Below, piece after piece: positions 33,308 to 41,853 of a stretch of 64,000 nucleotides of DNA. The notes beneath the pieces were generated by a model, which did no database searches, was not told the origin of the DNA, and saw only the letters and a program-made list of their open reading frames with translations. This stretch comes from Armatimonadota bacterium. Lineage in GTDB: Bacteria; Armatimonadota; SYMT01. The translations under genes and the position numbers were made by a program. The stretch covers positions 1 through 64,000 of the forward strand of contig JBKBRF010000026.1 of assembly GCA_046292385.1 (NCBI GenBank), read 5' to 3'. Every line of letters starts with the position of its first letter. Position 1 is the stretch's first letter.

Positions 33308-34435
33308 ATGAGTGACACACAGGCCCTCTTCACCGAGCGGGTAAACCGGGCCGCCGCCGCGCTGCGGGAGTCCGGGGTCGACGCGCTGCTGCTGACCCCC
33401 GGCGCCGACCTCCTCCACCTGACCGGCCTCTCGCACGGGCACGCGGGCGAGAGGCTGCTGGCCTACGTAGTGCGGCCGGACGGCTCCGGGGCGTGGATCT
33501 CCCCGGCGATGAACGCGGAGCAGGTGCGGGGGCGTCTGCTGCCGGGGAACAGCCTGCGCGCCTGGACCGACGCCGAGACCTACCTGCCGGCGCTGCGGGA
33601 GACGCTGCAGGGCGCGCGGTCGGTCGCCTTCGACGACGAGACCCGCGCCGGGTTCCTGCTCGACCTGCTCTCCGCCCTCCCGGAGGTCCAGGTGCGCCGC
33701 GCGAGCGACGTGACCCGCGGGCTCCGGATCCGGAAGGACGAGTCGGAGCTCGGCCTGATGCGGGCCGCGGCCGAGATGGTTGACACCACGATTCCGAAGG
33801 CGCTCTCCTTCTGCCGGATCGGCCGCACCGAGTCCGAGATTGCGGCGGACCTCCGGACTGCGCTGGTGCCGTCCGCGGCGGCGGGGGAGGAGGTGGGGGT
33901 GGCCTTCACGATCGTGGCGGGCGGACCCAACTCCGCGCTGCCGCACCACGACACCGGCTCCCGGGCGCTGCAGCGGGGCGACGTGGTGATCCTCGACTTC
34001 GGCACCCGCTTCCACGGCTACCACAGCGACATCACCGTCACCGGCTCCGTCGGCGAGCCGGCCGATCCGGAGGTGCGGAAGGTCTACCGGGTGGTCTGGG
34101 AGGCGCAGCAGAAGGCGCTGGAAGCGGTGCGCCCCGGCGTCACCTGCGAGGCGCTCGACCGTGCCGCGCGAGAGCAGATCACGGCGGCCGGTTACGGCGA
34201 GTACTTCCTCCACCGCACCGGTCACGGCCTGGGTCTGCAGGTCCACGAGCCGCCCTACCTCGTGTCCGGCAACACGGAGCGGCTGGAAGAGGGGATGACC
34301 TTCAGCGTCGAGCCCGGCATCTACCTCGCCGGCCGCATCGGCGTGCGGCTGGAGGTGATCGCCGCCGTCACCGCCGACGGGGTGAGCCTCATCAACGCCC
34401 CCAGCGCGCCCGAGCTGCCGGTGGTAGAACAATAG
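33308..34435 (+). CDS. Xaa-Pro peptidase (M24)
   Basis: SALPH, DFG, SDIT, HRTGHGLGL.VHE, EPGIY. Confidence 0.92.
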   Translation: MSDTQALFTERVNRAAAALRESGVDALLLTPGADLLHLTGLSHGHAGERLLAYVVRPDGSGAWISPAMNAEQVRGRLLPGNSLRAWTDAETYLPALRETLQGARSVAFDDETRAGFLLDLLSALPEVQVRRASDVTRGLRIRKDESELGLMRAAAEMVDTTIPKALSFCRIGRTESEIAADLRTALVPSAAAGEEVGVAFTIVAGGPNSALPHHDTGSRALQRGDVVILDFGTRFHGYHSDITVTGSVGEPADPEVRKVYRVVWEAQQKALEAVRPGVTCEALDRAAREQITAAGYGEYFLHRTGHGLGLQVHEPPYLVSGNTERLEEGMTFSVEPGIYLAGRIGVRLEVIAAVTADGVSLINAPSAPELPVVEQ

Positions 34436-34496
34436 CGTTCGGTGAGCGGGGGAGCGGCCGGCGCGGAAGCGGGCCTGGAGATCTGGAGGCGACGGG

Positions 34497-35510
34497 ATGG
34501 TGCGGGATCTGCTGGGGAGACTGGTGGAAGGGCGGAGCCTGGACGAGGAAGAGGCGTCGTTCCTGATGGGCCACATGATGTCCGGCGAGGCATCCCCGGC
34601 CCTCATCGCCGCGGTGCTGACCGCTCTCCGGATCAAGGGCGAGACCCCGGAAGAGGTGACCGGCTTCGCGCGGGCCATGCGGGAGCACTCGGTCCGCATC
34701 GAGCCCCGCTGCGAGCGGCTGGTCGATACCTGCGGCACCGGCGGCGGTAAGGTGACCACCTTCAACATCAGCACGGCGGCGGCGTTCGTGGTGGCGGGAG
34801 CCGGGATCTCCGTCGCCAAGCACGGAAACCGCGCGATGACCTCTGCCTGCGGGAGCGCCGACGTGCTGGAGGCGCTCGGCGTGCGGATCGACCTCCCGGC
34901 GGAGCGGGTCTGCGCCTGCGTGGAGGAGGTGGGGATCGGCTTCATGTTCGCGCAGGCGCATCATCCGGCGATGAAGCACGTGGCGCCGGTGCGCAAGGAG
35001 CTGCCGTTCCGGACCGTGTTCAACTGCCTCGGCCCGCTCACCAATCCCGCGGGCGCGGCGTCGCAGGTGGTGGGGGTCTACGAGCGGAGGCTGGTGCCGC
35101 TGGTGGCGGAGGTGCTGCGACGCCTCGGCTGCGAGCGGGCGCTGGTGGTCCACGGCGAGGACGGCCTGGACGAGCTTTCCACGCTGGGACTGACCTACCT
35201 GGCGGAGGTGCGGGACAACGCGGTGCACGAGCGGGAGATCAGCCCGGACCAGGTCGGCCTCCACCGGGCGCTGCCGGAGGAGATCGGGCCCGGCGAGAGC
35301 CCGGCGGAGAACGCCGAAATCATCCGCGGCATCCTGCGCGGCGCCCCCGGCCCGCGCCGGGACATCGTGCTCCTGAACGCCGCGGCGGCGCTCGTCGCGG
35401 CAGGCGCCGCCGACGACCTCCGAGAAGCGATCCCCCTCGCCGCCCGCAGCATCGACACCGGCGCCGCCCTCCGCAAGCTCGAGGCACTGGTCGCTTTTAC
35501 GAACCGCTAG
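34497..35510 (+). CDS. trpD: Anthranilate phosphoribosyltransferase
   Basis: DTCGTGG, FNIST, AKHGNR, GSADVLEALG, GPLTNP. Confidence 0.96.
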   Translation: MVRDLLGRLVEGRSLDEEEASFLMGHMMSGEASPALIAAVLTALRIKGETPEEVTGFARAMREHSVRIEPRCERLVDTCGTGGGKVTTFNISTAAAFVVAGAGISVAKHGNRAMTSACGSADVLEALGVRIDLPAERVCACVEEVGIGFMFAQAHHPAMKHVAPVRKELPFRTVFNCLGPLTNPAGAASQVVGVYERRLVPLVAEVLRRLGCERALVVHGEDGLDELSTLGLTYLAEVRDNAVHEREISPDQVGLHRALPEEIGPGESPAENAEIIRGILRGAPGPRRDIVLLNAAAALVAAGAADDLREAIPLAARSIDTGAALRKLEALVAFTNR

Positions 35511-35590
35511 GGACCAGGAGTCCGTTCCGCCTACGGCACCACGACTGATCCCTGACCCCTGACCCCTGAAACCTGATCCCTCTACGAGAT

Positions 35591-36385
35591 ATGTCCGTCC
35601 CCTCCATCCTGCAGAAGATCGTCGCGCACAAGCGGCAAGAGGTCGCGGTGCGCAAAGCCGCGCGGCCGGTCGTCTCGCTCGCGGACGCTCCGCCGGTCCG
35701 CGACTTCGCCGCCGCGCTCCGCGGTGAGACCGTGCGCCTGATCGCGGAAGTGAAGCAGTCCTCGCCGTCGAAAGGCGTCATTCAGTCGGATTTCGATCCG
35801 GTCGCCATCGCCCGCACCTACGCGCAGAACGGCGCCGCCGCGATCTCCGTGCTGACCGACGAGGAGTTCTTCAAGGGGCACGACCGGTACCTGCAGGCGG
35901 TCCGCGGCGCGGTCGACGTCCCGCTCCTGCGCAAGGAATTCCTGGTCGACCCGTGGCAGATCGACGAGTCGCGGGCCCTCGGCGCGGACGCCGTGCTGCT
36001 GATCGTGGCGATCCTCTCGCCGGAAGAGCTGCGCCACTTCCAGCGCCGCGCGCACGAGCTCGGCATGGCGGCGCTGGTGGAGACCCACACGGAAGAGGAG
36101 CTGCGCGTGGCGCTCGAGATCGACGCGCCGCTGATCGGGGTCAACAACCGCAATCTTCACACCTTCGAGACAACGCTGGAGACGACGGAGCGCCTGGCCG
36201 CCCTGGCCGGCGACCTGAGCGGGCGCACCCTGGTCAGCGAAAGTGGGATCTACACGGCCGCCGACGTGGCCCAGGTGGCGTCCCGCGGGGCCCGCGCCGT
36301 GCTGGTGGGAGAGGCGCTCATGCGCGACCGCGACCCCGCCGCCCGCGTCCGGGAGCTTGCCGGCGTTTCGATTGCCTCGCGTTGA
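35591..36385 (+). CDS. trpC: Indole-3-glycerol phosphate synthase
   Basis: IAEVK..SPSKG, ISVLTD, LLRKEF, GVNNRNL, SESGI. Confidence 0.96.
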   Translation: MSVPSILQKIVAHKRQEVAVRKAARPVVSLADAPPVRDFAAALRGETVRLIAEVKQSSPSKGVIQSDFDPVAIARTYAQNGAAAISVLTDEEFFKGHDRYLQAVRGAVDVPLLRKEFLVDPWQIDESRALGADAVLLIVAILSPEELRHFQRRAHELGMAALVETHTEEELRVALEIDAPLIGVNNRNLHTFETTLETTERLAALAGDLSGRTLVSESGIYTAADVAQVASRGARAVLVGEALMRDRDPAARVRELAGVSIASR

Positions 36386-36408
36386 CCGGCTAACGAGTGC
36401 GGCGACCC

Positions 36409-36903
36409 CTACTGGGACGGCCGGTCAGGTGAGTCGGCTGTGTGGACCTGGAGGAACGCGACCGGATCGAGGATAGTCAGAGTAGGAAATCGAGCCCGGA
36501 ACTCCCTGCCCTCATCCCGTTCAGCGTCCATCAGGTGGAGCAAGTCGTTGTCTCTGGTCACGAGGTAATCGGCCTTCGCCGCCAGCGCCAGATCTAGATA
36601 GGCCTCATCCTTCGGGTCCCTGGGCAGTGCGACCTGGTGAGGCACGTCAGTAATCAGGATGGCATTCTCGGCGATCAGCTCAAGAAGAGCTTCGACTCGC
36701 TCGGGCGTGAGCTGCTGGAACTTTCGGCGCAGCTCCGGTCGGCTCAGCACATCCCGGAGCTCAGAAAGCGTAGCGGAGCTCAGAACCAGCGAGATCTCTC
36801 CCGTTTGGAACAGCCGAATGCACGCCCCCGCCGGGCCTCGAACGTTAATCAAGCCCTGCAGAAAGGTGTTGCAGTCAAATACGACCACTGGCGGGTCGCG
36901 CAT
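36409..36903 (-). CDS. PIN-domain toxin (TIGR00305-like)
   Basis: VVFDCNTF, ELRDVL.RP, RDPKD, LVTRDNDLL. Confidence 0.88.
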   Translation of the reverse strand: MRDPPVVVFDCNTFLQGLINVRGPAGACIRLFQTGEISLVLSSATLSELRDVLSRPELRRKFQQLTPERVEALLELIAENAILITDVPHQVALPRDPKDEAYLDLALAAKADYLVTRDNDLLHLMDAERDEGREFRARFPTLTILDPVAFLQVHTADSPDRPSQ

Positions 36904-37157
36904 CAGGATGCGCGACCTGGACGCTCCTCATAGGCGGCGTCTCGAGCAGTCTCGATCAGGTGGTCGAGCTCGGATTCGGACATCCCACTCTGATCGAACT
37001 CCTGGCGGAGAGGCGCCAGGATCTCGTCCAGGTCGGGGCGTGTGAGGCCGCGCTCGATGAGCCCGCGAGCGAAGTCGGCGGGGTCCTGTCCCTGGCGAGC
37101 CGCGCGCTCGCGTAGCTGGCTCTCCTGCTCGGGGGATAGCTGGATCGTGATGGTCAC
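36903..37157 (-). CDS. Putative antitoxin (RHH-like N-terminus)
   Basis: 84 aa, ITIQLSPE..LRERAA; TGATG coupling with PIN gene. Confidence 0.8.
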   Translation of the reverse strand: MTITIQLSPEQESQLRERAARQGQDPADFARGLIERGLTRPDLDEILAPLRQEFDQSGMSESELDHLIETARDAAYEERPGRAS

Positions 37158-37248
37158 CGCTCGGCCTCCTCTCGTACCATTTGCAGTTCATTCTAGCCGG
37201 ACTGCCTGTCCGGTGCGACCAAGCTCCGCGCCTGGAAAGAATCCCCCC

Positions 37249-38136
37249 ATGCTGACTCCTGCCGAGCTCTACGGTCCGTGGCCCGTGGAAGGGTACGTCG
37301 TTCGGATCGACTTCGAGGACGGCGTGCGCCTGGTGGCGGAGCGGGAGGGGCAGCGGCTGGCGTCGCTGCCGGCGGCGGTGCGGGCGAGCGGGGAGATGGC
37401 GTGGATCCGCCTGGCGAAGGAGGCGGCGGAGCAGCACCAGCGGCAGCTCAAGGCGCTGCTGGAGAACGCGATGGTGGAGGGGATCCCGTTCACCGCGGAA
37501 GACCTGGCGACCCTGGCGCTCGATCCGCTCGGCCGCAGCCTGATGGGCCGGATCCTCTTCGAGCGGGATCGGGTGGTCGGTGTGCCGGTGCCGGACGACT
37601 GGCTGATGTTGACGCTGGAGGGCCACCTGCTCCCCCTGGAGTCGCCGCTGAAGGTGGTGCACCCGGTCCTGCTCCGCTCCATGGGTCGACTGGACGGGTG
37701 GAACGCCTGGCTGAACCGGGCGCCGTTCACGCAGCCGATCAAGCAGCTCCGCCGGGAGCTGTACGGCATCTCCCCGCGCGACCGGGAGACGCCCGGCTGC
37801 ACCGCCCGGCTGGCCGGCGAGCAGGTGCGGTGGGACCAGTCGCGCGCGCTGCTGGAAGGGCGCGGCTGGTACCGCGTGACCAAGACCGGCGCGGAGCGGC
37901 AGTTCCGGAGCGCGCGCCTGACGGCCTTTCTGGAGTTTCGCACCCCTGCGGCGAGGGGATTCAGCAAAGAGGACGTCGTCCTCGGCCGGCTCTACTTTCT
38001 GCCTGCCGGCGAGCGCGTGGTGAACCGCGCCCGCCCCGGCCTCCCGCTCGAGCGAGTGCCCGCGGTCGTGCTCTCGGAGGCGCTGCGAGACGCCTCCCTG
38101 GTGGCGCAGGTGGCCGGCACGATCCGCGAGACGTAA
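37249..38136 (+). CDS. DUF4132-like domain protein
   Basis: LENAMV, VVHPV, QPIKQLRRELY, L..VPAVVLSEALRD. Confidence 0.75.
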   Translation: MLTPAELYGPWPVEGYVVRIDFEDGVRLVAEREGQRLASLPAAVRASGEMAWIRLAKEAAEQHQRQLKALLENAMVEGIPFTAEDLATLALDPLGRSLMGRILFERDRVVGVPVPDDWLMLTLEGHLLPLESPLKVVHPVLLRSMGRLDGWNAWLNRAPFTQPIKQLRRELYGISPRDRETPGCTARLAGEQVRWDQSRALLEGRGWYRVTKTGAERQFRSARLTAFLEFRTPAARGFSKEDVVLGRLYFLPAGERVVNRARPGLPLERVPAVVLSEALRDASLVAQVAGTIRET

Positions 38137-38340
38137 CGAGTCAGGACTGAGTGGGGGAGTGGGGGCAAGGGAGAGTCGGAGAAATTGTCTGCGAGAGCGG
38201 CGCTGTTTTGCCGGGGACACCGACCTTCCCGGAGCCCATCTGAGAACGAGAAGGAGAAGGAGAAAGAGAAGGAGCCCTGGTACGGATGGTTTGGGTTCAT
38301 CCCTCATCGTTCCGCCCTCATCCCTGACTTCGGAGGCGCT

Positions 38341-39651
38341 ATGAGCAGCTACCTGATCGAGAGAGAGCCCCTTGCCCCGATCGCGGAGGGGCTGCGCGGG
38401 GGGGAGCTGGATCTGCTCACCTACCTGGGCGACCGGCTGGACCGTCTCCAGGCCGTCGACCCGGAGATCCTGGCCGTGCTGCCGGAGCCAGACCGGCGTG
38501 AGCGACTGCAGCGGGAGGCGGAGGCGCTGCTGGAGCGCTGGCCGGATCCGGCGGGGCGGCCGCCGCTCTGGGGGGTCCCGGTGGGCGTGAAGGACATCTT
38601 TCGGGTGGACGGCTTCCCCACCCGCGCCGGCTCCACTCTGCCGCCGGAGTTCTTCGACAGGGCGGAAGCGGCGGCGGTGCGCCGGCTGCGGGAGGCGGGC
38701 GCGCTGGTGCTCGGCAAGACGGTGACGACCGAGTTCGCTTTCATCGAGCCGGGGCCGACTCGCAACCCGCACGCACCGGACCATACCCCCGGCGGGTCCA
38801 GCAGCGGCTCCGCGGCGGCGGTGGCGGCGGGGATCTGCCCGCTGGCGCTGGGAAGCCAGACGGTCGGCTCCACGCTGCGTCCGGCCGCCTTCTGCGGAGT
38901 GGTCGGCTTCAAGCCGACTTACGGCCTGATCCCGCTCGACGGCGTCGTGCCGCTCGCTCCGTCGTTCGACCACGCCGGGATCTTGACCCAGGACGCCGCC
39001 GGGGCCGCACTCGCCGCCTCGGTGCTGGTGGACGGGTGGAGCGACCAGCCGGAGCCCTCCGTGCCGGCGCGGCTCGGGATCCCTGCGGGCCCGTTCCTGG
39101 AGCAGGCGTCGCCGGAGGGTCTCGCCGCGTTCCGCCTGCAGGTAGAGGCGCTGAAGCGCGCCGGCTGGAGCGTGGAGGAGGTGCCGGCGCTGGAGGAGAT
39201 CGAGGCGATCGGCGCGCGGCACCGGCGCTTGATGGCGGCGGAAGCGGCCGCGGGCCACGCCGGTTGGGTGCGCGAGCACGCCGACCGGTACCGCCCCCGC
39301 ACCCTCGCGCTGATCCGGGAGGGCGAGCAGGTGGACCCCTCCGAGCTGCCGGCGCTGCGGGAGAGCCGGGAGACGCTGCGGCGGGAGCTGGAGCGGCGGA
39401 TGGACGAGGCGGGGATCAATCTCTGGGTCTGCCCCGCGGCAAGCGGTCCGGCACCGGAAGGACTCGACTTCACCGGCGCTCCGCAGATGCAGCTTCCGTG
39501 GACGCACGCCGGCCTGCCGGCGATCTCCCTCCCTGGCGCCGAATCCGGAAGCGGCCTGCCGCTCGGGCTGCAGCTCATCGCGCGCAGCAGGGCCGACCGT
39601 GCCCTGCTGCGGTGGGCGGAGCAGCTCGAGCCGGTCCTGCGCCGTGGTTAG
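38341..39651 (+). CDS. Amidase (amidase signature family)
   Basis: GVKD, GKTVTTEFA, PGGSSSGS, GSQTVGS..RPA. Confidence 0.93.
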   Translation: MSSYLIEREPLAPIAEGLRGGELDLLTYLGDRLDRLQAVDPEILAVLPEPDRRERLQREAEALLERWPDPAGRPPLWGVPVGVKDIFRVDGFPTRAGSTLPPEFFDRAEAAAVRRLREAGALVLGKTVTTEFAFIEPGPTRNPHAPDHTPGGSSSGSAAAVAAGICPLALGSQTVGSTLRPAAFCGVVGFKPTYGLIPLDGVVPLAPSFDHAGILTQDAAGAALAASVLVDGWSDQPEPSVPARLGIPAGPFLEQASPEGLAAFRLQVEALKRAGWSVEEVPALEEIEAIGARHRRLMAAEAAAGHAGWVREHADRYRPRTLALIREGEQVDPSELPALRESRETLRRELERRMDEAGINLWVCPAASGPAPEGLDFTGAPQMQLPWTHAGLPAISLPGAESGSGLPLGLQLIARSRADRALLRWAEQLEPVLRRG

Positions 39652-39732
39652 AGCCTGTCCGGACAGGCTCGGTTGCTAGCGAAGCCGAGCTCGCAGCCGG
39701 CTGCAGCCAGGCAGGCCGGTTCGGATAGGCTC
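39651..39732. mobile_element. 82-bp MITE with TTA target duplication
   Basis: TIR GAGCCTGTCCG / CGGATAGGCTC (10/11) flanked by TTA at 39648-50 and 39733-35. Confidence 0.7.
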
Positions 39733-39978
39733 TTAACTCCAGCGGGAGCGGTCGCGAGGGACGCCTCCGGAGATCCACGCCGTGCTGTTCAGCGGCGTCG
39801 CGCTGGAGAGCTGATCGGCCAGCACCTCCAGCTTGCGCGCCCAGCGCCAGCCGCGCACCCACAGCCCGTGCAGCGGCTCTTCCGGCGAATAGGGATTCGC
39901 CGCCTCCGCCAACCCGCGGGAGTAGGCGAGGACGCCTTCTCGCTCCGCGTTGAGTTCTCGTGCGTTGGATGTAATCAC
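39733..39978 (-). CDS. Small protein with RMF/CrpP-like motif
   Basis: EG..AY..G.....NPY......W..GW pattern. Confidence 0.6.
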   Translation of the reverse strand: MITSNARELNAEREGVLAYSRGLAEAANPYSPEEPLHGLWVRGWRWARKLEVLADQLSSATPLNSTAWISGGVPRDRSRWS

Positions 39979-40202
39979 AGCCGATTCTTCGGAGGGTGCC
40001 GGAACGCTTTACATCCAACTTTCGGATGACCCGCGCCATCCCGCGGCGGCTCGGAGGTGTCAGAGCGTGGCACGCTGCCGACGGCCGACCTTGCAATCCT
40101 CCGCGCGCGGCAAGGGGAGTTCGCCCCGGACGCCGAATGTGATGAAAGTGATTCCGGTTATGTCCGCGAGCGGCCTCCGCGCCGCTCCGGGAGAGAGACA
40201 CG

Positions 40203-40955
40203 ATGCAGATGAAGAAGGCATGGAGCTGGGCCGCGGCCCTAGTGCTCGCGGCGGCGGTGCTGCCGGCCGGCGCGCAGGCTCCGGAAGGCGGGCGGGGCAA
40301 TCGCCCGCGGGGCTTCCAGCGGCTTTTCAATGGCCGAGACCTGACCAACTGGCAGGGGCTGATCGATATCAAGCGGCGCGCCACCCTTACGCCGGAGCAG
40401 CTCAAGGAAGAGCAGGCGAAGGCGGACGAGAAGATGCGCGCCCACTGGAGCGTGGAGAACGGGGTGCTGGTCTTCGACGGCAAGGGCGACAGCCTGCAGA
40501 CCGTCAAGGACTACGGCAACTTCGAGATGTACGTCGACTGGAAGATCCTGCCCAAGGGCGACAGCGGCATCTACGTGCGCGGCAATCCGCAGATCCAGAT
40601 CTGGGACCACACGGAGAACCCGGTCGGCTCCGGCGGCCTCTTCAACAACGAGAAGAACCCCAGCAAGCCGCTCGTCGTGGCGGACAACCCGGTGGGAGAG
40701 TGGAACACCTTCTTCATCCGGATGGTCGGCGACCGCGTGACGGTGAAGCTGAACGACAAGGTAGTGGTCGACAACACCCCGCTGGAGAACTTCTGGGAGC
40801 GCGGCAAGCCGCTGCCGGAGAAGGGTCCGATCGAGCTCCAGAACCACGGCAACCGCCTGGAGTTCCGGAACATCTACCTCCGCGAGCTGGACGAGCAGGG
40901 CAACCCGGTTCCCCGCCAGCGCCGGAACCGCGACGCCAATCCCAACCGGCAGTAG
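40203..40955 (+). CDS. DUF1080 (3-keto-disaccharide hydrolase-like) secreted protein
   Basis: Signal peptide, LFNGRDL..W, GDSGIY, GEWN, GPIELQNHG, FRNI. Confidence 0.9.
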   Translation: MQMKKAWSWAAALVLAAAVLPAGAQAPEGGRGNRPRGFQRLFNGRDLTNWQGLIDIKRRATLTPEQLKEEQAKADEKMRAHWSVENGVLVFDGKGDSLQTVKDYGNFEMYVDWKILPKGDSGIYVRGNPQIQIWDHTENPVGSGGLFNNEKNPSKPLVVADNPVGEWNTFFIRMVGDRVTVKLNDKVVVDNTPLENFWERGKPLPEKGPIELQNHGNRLEFRNIYLRELDEQGNPVPRQRRNRDANPNRQ

Positions 40956-40986
40956 CCCGAGCCGGGCAAGCTGCCCCAGACGCAAC

Positions 40987-41018
40987 GAAGCGCTCCCCCG
41001 GTGCGGGCGGAGCGCTTC
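40987..41018. terminator. Hairpin between convergent DUF1080 gene and tRNA
   Basis: GAAGCGCTCC / GGAGCGCTTC stem. Confidence 0.55.
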
Positions 41019-41032
41019 ACGCGTTTCTGGAG

Positions 41033-41103
41033 TTCCCGGACAAGGATTCGAACCTCGATTCACGGCTCCAAAGGCCGCTGTCCTACCATTAGACGATCCG
41101 GGA
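41033..41103 (-). tRNA. tRNA-Gln (TTG)
   Basis: Acceptor TCCCGGA/TCCGGGA, anticodon loop CTTTGGA, T-arm GGTTCGAATCC; upstream TTGCGC-N18-TATACT. Confidence 0.96.
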
Positions 41104-41431
41104 CCGGTCCGGCCGAGCCGGAGCCAGCCCAGTATACCGTCCGCCCGCGGGGGAGCGCAACACCGGCGGGAGTGGGATGAACAATGAGGGGTCCAGGCCG
41201 AGCCAGGCACAACGGGCGGCGAGACCGAGCCGTGGTGACCGGCAAGACCCTGCTTCGGCCTGGGAGCCTACTACGGGAATGGCCGGCTCCCCAAAACAGC
41301 AGCAAGCTGCCGCACTCCACAGACCGGCCCGCGTGCTCGTCCCGCTTCACCGGCAGAGTGATCCCGACCGGCGACGCCTCCCGGTTCCGCGGCGGCCTAC
41401 ACCCTATCCCCTAAACCCTAGACCCTGATTG

Positions 41432-41605
41432 CTAAAAGCCGTCGCCGAGGGAGAAGACGGTCAGGCCGAAGCCGCCGGCGAGGATCACCATGAAGGCGGC
41501 GAGCACCAGGAGCAGGCCGCTCTTGCGGGCGACCCCGGTGGCTCCCAGGGCGACGGCAGCGGTGGCGGAGACGGCGAGGACGGCGTTGAGCGAGTCGGGA
41601 AACAT
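41432..41605 (-). CDS. 57-aa two-TM small membrane protein
   Basis: MFPDSLNAVLAVSATAAVALGATGVARKSGLLLVLAAFMVILAGGFGLTVFSLGDGF; GC3-rich codons; GAGGAAAGGG upstream. Confidence 0.7.
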   Translation of the reverse strand: MFPDSLNAVLAVSATAAVALGATGVARKSGLLLVLAAFMVILAGGFGLTVFSLGDGF

Positions 41606-41853
41606 GGCGGGACCCTTTCCTCGTAGGGTAGACGATAGGGGGGACGGAGGGCGAGCGCGGCGATGGAACCGGATCGTCCCTCAGGGTGTCGGCATGTCGG
41701 CCGGAGGGCGTTAGAGCACTTTTCCGGCGCCTGTCGCGGTTGACCCTGCGGAGCGACGCCGGTACCATAAACCGGTTCGCCCCCAGGCTGCCGTCGGCCG
41801 CCGTCCGCCGGCTGTTCTGTGCGGCCGGGAGGTCTCCACCGGAAAGGTTGTTG

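Noticed and set aside
40956..41103. Genomic island at tRNA-Gln
   Set aside because: No duplicated tRNA 3' end or integrase seen
41165..41250. yybP-ykoY riboswitch suggested by GGCGAGACC
   Set aside because: Other conserved segments missing and no co-oriented downstream gene
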